IMG/VR virus record: IMGVR_UViG_3300035492_000044
Coordinates: 1-46,178 of that record
Origin: a virus
Lineage: Duplodnaviria > Heunggongvirae > Uroviricota > Caudoviricetes
DNA: 46,178 nt
Strand: one strand, 5' to 3'
Under the pieces are notes generated by a model, which saw only the letters and a list, made by a program, of their open reading frames with translations, was not told the origin of the DNA and did not search any database. Of this stretch, positions 1 to 7,684 are shown piece by piece. Every line of letters starts with the position of its first letter. Position 1 is the first letter of the stretch. A program made the position numbers and the translations under genes.

Positions 1-723
1 ATGGAAAACGTTGACTTCAATAAGATTAAAGACAAAATCCGTAAGCTACTGGCTGTAGCTAATGGCAAGGCTAATGAGAACGAGTCGCTGATTGCAGCTC
101 GTCAAGCTAACAAGCTAATGGAGAAGTACAACCTCTCGATGGCTGACGTGATTGTCAAGGATCTGGAGAAGGACGCTAACGTAATTAACGAGTTCGTGAA
201 TGAGTGGCGTTATGCTAAACAGTTTCCGAAGTACTACTCCTTCTTGGTTACTGCCGTAGCTAAGCTCTACGATTGCGAAGTCCGTTACGAGCGAGATGGT
301 AAGAAGGGTATAGGTATCAAGATCTTCGGCTTCCATGCTGACGTTGAAATCGCTAAATGGACCATCGTCTTCCTGCACTCTACTGGCTCTATCCTGAGCG
401 AAGAGTACTGGGATAGCATCAAAGACATCCCGAATTACCACAATAAAGGGCAGTTCGCCCGTAAGGAGTTCATGAATGGTTACTCCGCCCGGATGTCTGA
501 CCGACTGGCTGAGATGAAAGAGCAACGTCAAGCTGTAGTGACGTCTTCTGGTACCTCCCTAATGGTGGTTAAGAAGGATGCAATTGCTCGGGTCTACGGC
601 GACTTCTCGTACACCGAGTCGTCTACTAGTTACACCAACCATAGTGCCGCAGGCTCTCGGGCAGCTAATTCGGTGGAGATTAATACTCCGATTGAGCAGA
701 AGGCTAATACCTACATTAGCTAA
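1..723 (+). CDS. DUF2786-domain phage protein
   Basis: N-terminus KIKDKIRKLLAVA...NENESLIAARQANKLMEKYNLS matches the DUF2786 pattern from memory; the ORF starts at base 1, so the true start cannot be verified. Confidence 0.7.
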   Translation: MENVDFNKIKDKIRKLLAVANGKANENESLIAARQANKLMEKYNLSMADVIVKDLEKDANVINEFVNEWRYAKQFPKYYSFLVTAVAKLYDCEVRYERDGKKGIGIKIFGFHADVEIAKWTIVFLHSTGSILSEEYWDSIKDIPNYHNKGQFARKEFMNGYSARMSDRLAEMKEQRQAVVTSSGTSLMVVKKDAIARVYGDFSYTESSTSYTNHSAAGSRAANSVEINTPIEQKANTYIS

Positions 724-748
724 AACAGAACAGCGCTCAGATGCCTCG

Positions 749-779
749 AAACCCTGTTGGGGTGGAGGGCGGGCGTAGT
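749..779 (+). repeat. 31-bp direct repeat, copy 1 (AAACCCTGTTGGGGTGGAGGGCGGGCGTAGT)
   Basis: Identical to 40626-40656; intergenic, upstream of the ligase. Confidence 0.95.
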
Positions 780-872
780 ACTCCCGCTTACTGTACTGTC
801 TGCTACGCAGACCACTACTAGGAGAGGAAAGTAGGAGGATAGACAGTACAGTGAGAGGTAGTACAGACGTTT

Positions 873-901
873 AGATACCTCGAAAGCCTGTTAGTTCGAG
901 G
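873..901 (+). promoter_or_regulatory. Second copy of a 22-bp motif (AGATRCCTCGAAASCCTGTTRG, with 739-760), overlapping a 7-bp hairpin
   Basis: 873-894 vs 739-760 match at 19/22; stem CCTCGAA 878-884 pairs with TTCGAGG 895-901; regulatory role inferred. Confidence 0.55.
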
Positions 902-925
902 GGAATTATTTTAACTGGAGAATAT

Positions 926-2737
926 ATGGAAGACCTGATCAAGCGTATTACCGAGGCAGCTACCGCCTACTATGAAGGCGATCCCATTATGTCGGACGAT
1001 CAGTTCGATCTTCTGGTAGAAGAGCTTCGTAGCGTAGACCCGAGTAATAAGCTCTTGTCTACTCCAGGATGGGGATATACTCCTAAGTCTGAACATCTTC
1101 AGAAGTTCAAGCATACTTTCGAAGTAGGTGGTCTGGATAAGGCTATTTACTCGGAAGATAAGGCAGTATCCCTCTACCCTCAATCCATTGCATCGTTCAA
1201 GCTGGATGGAGGATCGGCGGTAGCTTATTACGCCGATGGTAAGCTAGTTAGAGTTCTCTCTCGTGGAGATGGATTCGAGGGTCTTGACATCACCAGCAAC
1301 ATCAACCCCATGTATCTTCCGAAGGAAGTAGACCCAAGTATTCTTGAGGTCCGTGGTGAAGTGGTTATGTCCAAGAAGGACTTCAGTAAGTTCGAGGGAT
1401 ACTCGCATCCTCGTAATGCTGCCATAGGTATTTCCCAGTCTAAGTATTCCACACCTGAGCAGAAGGAAGCAGTTCACTTCGTAGCGTACGAGCTACGACG
1501 CTACCTAACTTCCAATACGCCAATGTCATTCCAGAATGGCCTTGAATTCCTACGAGACCAAGGATTTAAGGTAGTTGAGTACTGGACTGTTTGGAATGGG
1601 CATCCGATGGAGTTCGAGCCGGTATTTACTCCTTCTCTTAGCTCTTACGAATACCCGATTGATGGAGCAGTTATCCAGAATAACTCCGGACCTGAAGCTT
1701 ATGCTCTCAAGTTCGCAGCAGAGTCTACGGATACCGAGGTAGTTGACGTAGTCTGGCAGAAGTCTGGGTTCGGACGACTGATTCCGGTTATCCAGATTAA
1801 GGGAGTTACTCTATCAGGTGCCTTCATTGAGTTCGTATCGGGGCATAATGCTGACACCATCGAGTCCTCTGGAATAGGACCAGGTGCTGTGATTAAGGTA
1901 ACTCGAAGCAATGAAGTAATCCCATACTGCTTAGGTGTAGTCAAGAGAGTTGATCCTGTAATTCCCACGGAATACGAGGGAATGCCTACTGAGAGAGTAG
2001 GTGTCCACCTTCAGATTAAGAACTTCAATGTCGAGCCAGAGGTAGTTAAGACAGTCCTTGGTAAGTTCTGTCCTCACGGTATGGGTGGAGCTACGATTAA
2101 CGCTATCGTGGATACCTATAAAGTGGACTCCCTCGAAAGACTGGCTTGGTTAGTAGTTAATGCCGAAGTAGACCCACACGAGACTAAGCGGGATCTTCAG
2201 AAGATAGCTAAGACAGCTATTCTGGCAGATAAGGCGTTTGAGATGCTCCGTGCGGTACTAACTACCCCGGTAACTCTAGTTGATGTCCTCTGCATGAGCT
2301 GGTCGAGAAATGTGGGCGATGTAGCAGCTTCAGTAGTAGCTGAGTACTATGAAGACTGGAAGGATCTGATGGAAGACCTGAGAAAAGGTTCTCTGCCTGA
2401 AGATCTTCAGATGCCAACGTACTTAGCACGACAGGGTCTCCTAGACAACTGGGAGGTAGTCTGTAAGCTGATTAACTTCGGATTCACTAAGCAGGAATAT
2501 AAGAAGCCTGTGAAGGTAGAGTCAACGTACAAGGTGGCAGTTACCGGTAAGCTGAGTATGCCAAGAGGTAAACTTCTGGATAGCTGGAAGCAGTTCGGAG
2601 TAGTTGAAGCTAACGTAGGTAGCGCGGACTACCTTATTGCTGACGGTCCTTCGAGTAGCTCCAAGTATACCGAAGCTGTATCTCGTGGAATTACCATCTT
2701 AACTGAACAAGAGTTTGATGCACTAGTGAGGAAATAA
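926..2737 (+). CDS. ligA: NAD+-dependent DNA ligase with C-terminal BRCT domain
   Basis: Domain Ia YYEGDPIMSDDQFD, adenylation motif KLDG, SRGDG..G.DIT, EVRGEV, HPRNAAIG, OB-fold, BRCT-like VAVTGKLSMPR; GGAG RBS. Confidence 0.95.
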   Translation: MEDLIKRITEAATAYYEGDPIMSDDQFDLLVEELRSVDPSNKLLSTPGWGYTPKSEHLQKFKHTFEVGGLDKAIYSEDKAVSLYPQSIASFKLDGGSAVAYYADGKLVRVLSRGDGFEGLDITSNINPMYLPKEVDPSILEVRGEVVMSKKDFSKFEGYSHPRNAAIGISQSKYSTPEQKEAVHFVAYELRRYLTSNTPMSFQNGLEFLRDQGFKVVEYWTVWNGHPMEFEPVFTPSLSSYEYPIDGAVIQNNSGPEAYALKFAAESTDTEVVDVVWQKSGFGRLIPVIQIKGVTLSGAFIEFVSGHNADTIESSGIGPGAVIKVTRSNEVIPYCLGVVKRVDPVIPTEYEGMPTERVGVHLQIKNFNVEPEVVKTVLGKFCPHGMGGATINAIVDTYKVDSLERLAWLVVNAEVDPHETKRDLQKIAKTAILADKAFEMLRAVLTTPVTLVDVLCMSWSRNVGDVAASVVAEYYEDWKDLMEDLRKGSLPEDLQMPTYLARQGLLDNWEVVCKLINFGFTKQEYKKPVKVESTYKVAVTGKLSMPRGKLLDSWKQFGVVEANVGSADYLIADGPSSSSKYTEAVSRGITILTEQEFDALVRK

Positions 2738-3012
2738 TGAGGCTTTTAATTGAATCGGACAGGGAGATTGCAGAGCTGCACATTGTATTCTCCGGGCCGG
2801 ATTCAGCTAAGAAGACTATTGTGACTGGAGGCTCTAAGGAGCCTCTCTCCATTCATAGTCCGCAAGCTGACTCTAGTCGAGAAGAACCTATCCCAGAATT
2901 CGGTAAGGTGGAGAGATCACTCACTTCTACTGAGTCTGGTGAGCCTATCACATACGATATTTCGGGACGTGACCAGAAGGTTGATTCCGAATTTGCTGAA
3001 TTCAAGGTATAA
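2737..3012 (+). CDS. Hypothetical acidic protein, 91 aa
   Basis: TAATG overlap with the ligase stop; ends 2 nt before the actin-like gene. Confidence 0.7.
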   Translation: MRLLIESDREIAELHIVFSGPDSAKKTIVTGGSKEPLSIHSPQADSSREEPIPEFGKVERSLTSTESGEPITYDISGRDQKVDSEFAEFKV

Positions 3013-3014
3013 TT

Positions 3015-3962
3015 ATGAAAATTCTCTGCGTTGATCTGGGGTTTGGTCACAATAAGATCGTCTTCGGCGATGAAACTGGGATTAAGAAGCTGTATAAATT
3101 CCCATCTGTAATTGCCAGTGTCGATGTTAATGACCTGGTTCGTGACGATCGTGTCATCTCTATGGAAGGTAAGTCCTTCTATGTTGGTGATGATGCTCTG
3201 GCAGTACAGAGCCGTTCGATCATCGATGTGAAGAACTACCCTCTTCTGGAATACTCTGCTCCGCTGTTCATCTCAAAGGTGATGAACGACATCAATGACG
3301 TTCCAGATGTCATTGTTCTAGGCCTATCTATCGCCCAGATTTCTAACTCAGCTCACTTCAAAGAACGTGTCGGTAAATTCCTGAAGGATGCTGGTCTTAA
3401 TATCAGAATCGTCCTACTACCTCAGGGTATGGTGGCTAAGCTGGCCATCGATAAATATGCCGACAACTTCCCTGAGGTATCTACGGAATTCGGTCTTCAT
3501 AAGAATTACATCGGTATTGATATCGGGTTCAATACCCTGGATATCTTCCAGGTAATCAATGGCCAAACCTCCAGTAACCTGGTTCGTGGTATTCCCGAGC
3601 GAGGAATTCAGGTTATCGTAGCCAACCTTATCAAGGACATCGAAGAAAATGATGGTGTCAAGCGGACTATGTCCGAAGGTAAGGCTATCCTTGATACCGG
3701 AGTTTACCGGATTCGAGGTAAAGATATAGATTGTTCGGATCGTATTGCCAAGTACACCGAAGAATACATCAAAGAACTGATGGTCATCGTAGAGAACGAG
3801 TTCGGAGAAGTCCTGGATAAGTCCGATGCTATGTTCATCTTCGGTGGTGGTAGTTATGCTCTTAAGAAACTGGTAGATGATTTCATCAAGATTCCTAAGG
3901 CATCAGCAGAGTACTACAACGCAATCGCATACTTCTTGTATGTAATTCAGAACAAAGGTTAA
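3015..3962 (+). CDS. parM: ParM/StbA-family actin-like ATPase
   Basis: Phosphate-1 DLGFGHNK, connect PQG, phosphate-2 DIGFNTLD, adenosine GGGSY; 315 aa, typical size. Confidence 0.9.
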   Translation: MKILCVDLGFGHNKIVFGDETGIKKLYKFPSVIASVDVNDLVRDDRVISMEGKSFYVGDDALAVQSRSIIDVKNYPLLEYSAPLFISKVMNDINDVPDVIVLGLSIAQISNSAHFKERVGKFLKDAGLNIRIVLLPQGMVAKLAIDKYADNFPEVSTEFGLHKNYIGIDIGFNTLDIFQVINGQTSSNLVRGIPERGIQVIVANLIKDIEENDGVKRTMSEGKAILDTGVYRIRGKDIDCSDRIAKYTEEYIKELMVIVENEFGEVLDKSDAMFIFGGGSYALKKLVDDFIKIPKASAEYYNAIAYFLYVIQNKG

Positions 3963-3964
3963 TT

Positions 3965-4561
3965 ATGACTAAGCGTCGATTTACACCATACAATGAGGCC
4001 GGTCACCTGGTTGTAGATATCGAGACTCTCGGTAAAGTCAAGGGAGCACTGGTTCTGTCTATCGGAGCAGTCTTCATGAAAGAAGACGCCGATATCAAGA
4101 CCTTCTACCGGAACATCTCGCTACAAGACAGTATACTGGCTGGGTTCAATGTGGACCCAGAGACGCAACAGTGGTGGAGTGAACAGAATCCGGAGATCTT
4201 CAAGGACACTATCAAAGATGGTGCTCCTCTGGTAGATGTTATCAAAGAATTCGCTGAGTTTATCAAGGAGTGTGATCCTCACTACTTCTGGGGTAACTCA
4301 TTCGACTTTGACTTCGGTATTCTGGAGCCCTACTTCAATAAAGCTGGGGTTGATATTCCATGGAACTACGGTCTTATGAAGTGTGTGCGCACTTATCTGG
4401 ACCCAGGTGTGGTTACTGAGAGTATTCGTGATGAGTACAAACAGAAACTTGGTAATCGTGCACATCATGCTATGTTTGACGCTCTCTACGAGGCCTCTCT
4501 TCTGGCATATGGTATCAATCAAGCCTACGACTACGATGTAGACTACAAGTTCGGGGAATAA
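3965..4561 (+). CDS. DEDDh 3'-5' exonuclease (Rv2179c/ExoVIII-N-like phage family)
   Basis: ExoI VDIETLG, ExoII WGNSFDFDFGIL, ExoIII HHAMFDALYE. Confidence 0.88.
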   Translation: MTKRRFTPYNEAGHLVVDIETLGKVKGALVLSIGAVFMKEDADIKTFYRNISLQDSILAGFNVDPETQQWWSEQNPEIFKDTIKDGAPLVDVIKEFAEFIKECDPHYFWGNSFDFDFGILEPYFNKAGVDIPWNYGLMKCVRTYLDPGVVTESIRDEYKQKLGNRAHHAMFDALYEASLLAYGINQAYDYDVDYKFGE

Positions 4562-4564
4562 TAA

Positions 4565-4798
4565 ATGCTGAAGGTGAAAGCTGATCCTACTCTCTTCGAT
4601 AAAATGAAGAAGATAGGAGATAACTATAAGTCTCTGTTCGATAATGCAGCTGCTATCGTACAGAACGATATGGAAGTATCTCCAGAAGACTGCGCCAGCT
4701 GGTATGACGAGATGATTAAGGCTCTAAATACTCAGCATCAAGAAGCCATTGCTGCTATCAATGAGATCAGCCAGAAGATCATCAAAGATAATCAGTAA
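4565..4798 (+). CDS. Hypothetical helical protein, 77 aa
   Basis: Tightly packed ORF with phage-like codon usage; last gene before the convergent hairpin. Confidence 0.7.
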   Translation: MLKVKADPTLFDKMKKIGDNYKSLFDNAAAIVQNDMEVSPEDCASWYDEMIKALNTQHQEAIAAINEISQKIIKDNQ

Positions 4799-4805
4799 TT
4801 TGGTA

Positions 4806-4845
4806 TATGTATGGGGAGTTCTCGCAAGAGTTCTCCCCATACATA
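4806..4845. terminator. Long hairpin between convergent operons (probable bidirectional terminator)
   Basis: 13-bp stem TATGTATGGGGAG/CTCCCCATACATA, TT/TT internal loop, CTC/GAG stem capped by GCAA. Confidence 0.75.
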
Positions 4846-4848
4846 CGC

Positions 4849-5124
4849 CTATTTCTTCGATCTGATTAATTCTACGTATCTCCGCATACCTTCTATCTTC
4901 TTATCACAAGCCTCAAGATGTCCTTCGAGGTCAACTAGACGATATACAAGGTCTTCAGTAGTCATAATCACAGGTTTGGCACTTGCACATGACGTCAAAT
5001 ACTCACCCGGAGGGAGAATGTACTTGACCTCGGTCTCCTTTAGGGTAACCGTTCTGGTGCAGGATGCTAAGAATAGGGTCAGGAACAGGAGTACTAAGGT
5101 ACTCCTTAGATGATGGATCATCAT
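4849..5124 (-). CDS. o-spanin (Rz1-like lipoprotein)
   Basis: Hydrophobic signal with lipobox LASC, Pro-containing periplasmic part, overlaps the 3' end of the i-spanin; GAGGA RBS. Confidence 0.85.
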   Translation of the reverse strand: MMIHHLRSTLVLLFLTLFLASCTRTVTLKETEVKYILPPGEYLTSCASAKPVIMTTEDLVYRLVDLEGHLEACDKKIEGMRRYVELIRSKK

Positions 5125-5401
5125 TTATAGTCTTCCTCAGCTGGTATTTAAGAGAAGCAATTTTCTCCTCAGACTGCTTGAGTGAAGAACGATAATCACT
5201 TAACTGCTTCTCTGTCTCCTCCAGAGTTATGGTAATGGAGGATATCTCTTTGTTAGCCTCATCAAGTTCTCCCTGAATGCGTGCAGATTCATCCTGTAGA
5301 GTCTTGTTCTCGATATTAGCTTTATCAAGTCTAGCTGTTTGTATCCCTACTGCACTAGCTAATGCTAGTAGAACCAGTGTCAGAATTAAGTATCTGGACA
5401 T
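5003..5401 (-). CDS. i-spanin (Rz-like)
   Basis: N-terminal TM (YLILTLVLLALASAVGI) then long coiled coil; ATG at 5401 has a GGAGG RBS. Confidence 0.85.
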   Translation of the reverse strand: MSRYLILTLVLLALASAVGIQTARLDKANIENKTLQDESARIQGELDEANKEISSITITLEETEKQLSDYRSSLKQSEEKIASLKYQLRKTINDDPSSKEYLSTPVPDPILSILHQNGYPKGDRGQVHSPSG

Positions 5402-5858
5402 TACCACCTCCATTATCTTCAGTATTGGCAGTGCTGATGATTATCCCCATCAGCTTATCTTTTAGCTGTACATCTGGAGTCGGAAGAGAGAGCAGATGCG
5501 TGTACGCCTCAAGAGCTTCTCTCTTCATCTTCTCACTATAGGCAGTCAGACTTGATATAGTTGATTCAAGTTCAGCTATTACTTTCCTCAACTCATCTCT
5601 ATCTTCTTCGTGACTCTTCTTAGTAAGGGCGAGTTCATCCCTGAACTCTTTTTTCAGCTTGAGAATCTCCTGATGGCTATTCTCAATCTGCTCTCTCAAA
5701 GTACTTATGAGAGAGGATTCAGCCGAATCTTTTGAAGTAGTGACCTTCTCCTCCGAGAACTGCCTCCACATCTTACGAAGAGTGTACACTAAACCTAATA
5801 GAAGAGCAGCTCCTCCACCAGACGTGGCTACAGCATTAGCCGCTTCCGTTTCCAGCAT
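5355..5858 (-). CDS. Membrane-anchored coiled-coil protein in the lysis cassette
   Basis: One TM (GGGAALLLGLVYTL), positive charges, then coiled coil. Confidence 0.7.
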   Translation of the reverse strand: MLETEAANAVATSGGGAALLLGLVYTLRKMWRQFSEEKVTTSKDSAESSLISTLREQIENSHQEILKLKKEFRDELALTKKSHEEDRDELRKVIAELESTISSLTAYSEKMKREALEAYTHLLSLPTPDVQLKDKLMGIIISTANTEDNGGGNVQILNSDTGSTSIS

Positions 5859-5859
5859 A

Positions 5860-6273
5860 TCATGCTCCAGTGCATACAGGTTGCTGTACCTTCACTACTA
5901 TCCATGCAGATACTAAGGCGATAGCTAGGTTACCGCTGCTAATAGCTGGCGGTGGGTATACTGTGGAGTATGCTAAGGCCACTACAAATCCCCAGAAGAA
6001 CAATGTCACGCAGGAGATTATTAGTGGTATCCTAGAAGTACAACTATTCACCATGATACTTACAATCTGGGACACAGAGATAATGAGGAAGAGTATCCCC
6101 CAAACTACATCTCCAAATATATCGAACATAGCAGCGTACACTGACCCATTCATACTCGAGTAGGGCCATAAGAGAGTTACTGCCCAGAGAATACTGGCAA
6201 TAAAGATCAGTATTCTAGCTGCAGTTAGAGGACTCTCAAGCATAAGACACAGTTTTCTAGCTAAGTTAGTCAT
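5860..6273 (-). CDS. Four-TM membrane protein (holin or antiholin candidate)
   Basis: Four hydrophobic segments in about 137 aa, inside the lysis cassette; start could instead be GTG at 6282. Confidence 0.65.
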   Translation of the reverse strand: MTNLARKLCLMLESPLTAARILIFIASILWAVTLLWPYSSMNGSVYAAMFDIFGDVVWGILFLIISVSQIVSIMVNSCTSRIPLIISCVTLFFWGFVVALAYSTVYPPPAISSGNLAIALVSAWIVVKVQQPVCTGA

Positions 6274-6511
6274 TGGAAGCACCGTCTCGTGTTATAGGAG
6301 GAACTGCACTATCCTTCTGGTGGAGTATCTTTAGTACCAGAGTTACAGTCAGAACGCCCGACATAACCGCACCGTAGTACTTTTCAGAGATAAACGAAGA
6401 GCCATATTCACGAAGAATAGACTCTAATCCTGTTAGGAACAGAGCGAAGTAGATAGACCAGGATGACCAGTCCTTGGCCAGTCTCTTCTTCCAGTCAGAT
6501 AAGATTTTCAT
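6266..6511 (-). CDS. Probable holin, 81 aa, two TM
   Basis: True start MKILSDWKKRL at 6511 (the track extension overlaps the endolysin); two TMs and a charged C-tail; directly downstream of the endolysin. Confidence 0.7.
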   Translation of the reverse strand: MKILSDWKKRLAKDWSSWSIYFALFLTGLESILREYGSSFISEKYYGAVMSGVLTVTLVLKILHQKDSAVPPITRDGASND

Positions 6512-6518
6512 ATGATAC

Positions 6519-7037
6519 CTACATATCATTGTCCTTAGTGGCCAATAGTAGGTTGTCTGCAATACGACGAGACCACCCCCTACCGTAAGTATCAAAGGTA
6601 CTTATATCGGTCATAAATCTCAGACGATGCGACAGAAATGACATAAGAAGATCATTAAGATCCATCTTCTTCACTGACTGAAGTGTCTGATTACCTATGA
6701 CTCCGTCATCCTTAGTGCCAACTGCTCTCTGAAGAATCCTAGTGGCATTATGTATACCATGGTTTATCGAGGCATCGAACATCTGGAAGGACATAGCTGG
6801 ATGGAACTTATCCATGCCTAACTTATCCCACCAGTCCCTCTTGTAGATAGCCTTAGCCTGTTCTACAGTGAGGTTCTTAATGTCCAAGTCTGGATAAGCC
6901 ATCGCGGAGATACCGTATTTAGTACCTTTGAGTTCACCGACACCTATTTTACCAGATGTCCAGTTGCCACGATCACGACGGTCATTCTGAAATGCCCCCT
7001 CATGACCTATGACCCTGTCAAACGACTTATCAAACAT
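6519..7037 (-). CDS. Endolysin, glycoside hydrolase family 108 with PG-binding_3 domain
   Basis: HEGAFQNDRRDRGNWT...GTKYGIS catalytic motif; LQRAVG..DDGVIG; C-terminal GRGWSRR. Confidence 0.92.
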   Translation of the reverse strand: MFDKSFDRVIGHEGAFQNDRRDRGNWTSGKIGVGELKGTKYGISAMAYPDLDIKNLTVEQAKAIYKRDWWDKLGMDKFHPAMSFQMFDASINHGIHNATRILQRAVGTKDDGVIGNQTLQSVKKMDLNDLLMSFLSHRLRFMTDISTFDTYGRGWSRRIADNLLLATKDNDM

Positions 7038-7044
7038 AGGTTAC

Positions 7045-7683
7045 CTATATCTTCTTGAATGGATGAATTATATAGGAGTGGCCCTTGAATGCCTTATATT
7101 CCCTTCCGACATAATTCTCCTTGAAGTGCTTGCCAGTAAATTCATGTCCTATTTCAACAATGAATGCTCTGGCGAGACCTGGCCACTTCCATACCCAATA
7201 GATCCTGTAATACTCTTTCCCATCTCTACGACGAGTTGCTCGCAGAAGCTGGAATCCAGTATTCTCAGGATCATCTCTTACGTATTCCTGACCCACCAGT
7301 AGCTCGTAAGTGCATTCTCGAACATCACATGCTATAACAAACCTTTTGTAGTTGCCAAGCATGTTACGAATAGCACCCCACCACCACTGACCTAGGAATG
7401 ATGTATTCTTCAAACCGAATGGGATATCTCTACTTGCCCACCTGAAGTCATCGTCACCTAGGAATCCATCCACATCATTACCCCACCACCATGCCCATTT
7501 CCATGAGAGATTACGGAACCACCATTCATGACCATCCCTAGTCTTATAAGTGGCTTCTCTCTTAGAGTCATCTGGGTAGAGTAGAGCTGCGGCTACGACA
7601 AATAAACCTAGAATAAGAAGAGGGACGTAAGTGATAAATATTAGTGTATTTATCAGAAATGCCTTACTTAGTAGCTTAAGCAT
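7045..7683 (-). CDS. Hypothetical Trp-rich membrane-anchored phage protein
   Basis: N-terminal TM; WWWGNDVDG and WWWGAIRN motifs; a type I recall next to fibre genes in Pseudomonas-type phages. Confidence 0.6.
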   Translation of the reverse strand: MLKLLSKAFLINTLIFITYVPLLILGLFVVAAALLYPDDSKREATYKTRDGHEWWFRNLSWKWAWWWGNDVDGFLGDDDFRWASRDIPFGLKNTSFLGQWWWGAIRNMLGNYKRFVIACDVRECTYELLVGQEYVRDDPENTGFQLLRATRRRDGKEYYRIYWVWKWPGLARAFIVEIGHEFTGKHFKENYVGREYKAFKGHSYIIHPFKKI

Positions 7684-7684
7684 A

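Noticed and set aside
115-2000. Minus-strand and alternative-frame ORFs over the DUF2786 and ligase genes, including 578-778
   Set aside because: Fully overlap well-supported genes; sequences look non-protein-like
6512-6595. N-terminal extension of the holin ORF
   Set aside because: Overlaps the endolysin 3' end; ATG at 6511 fits better
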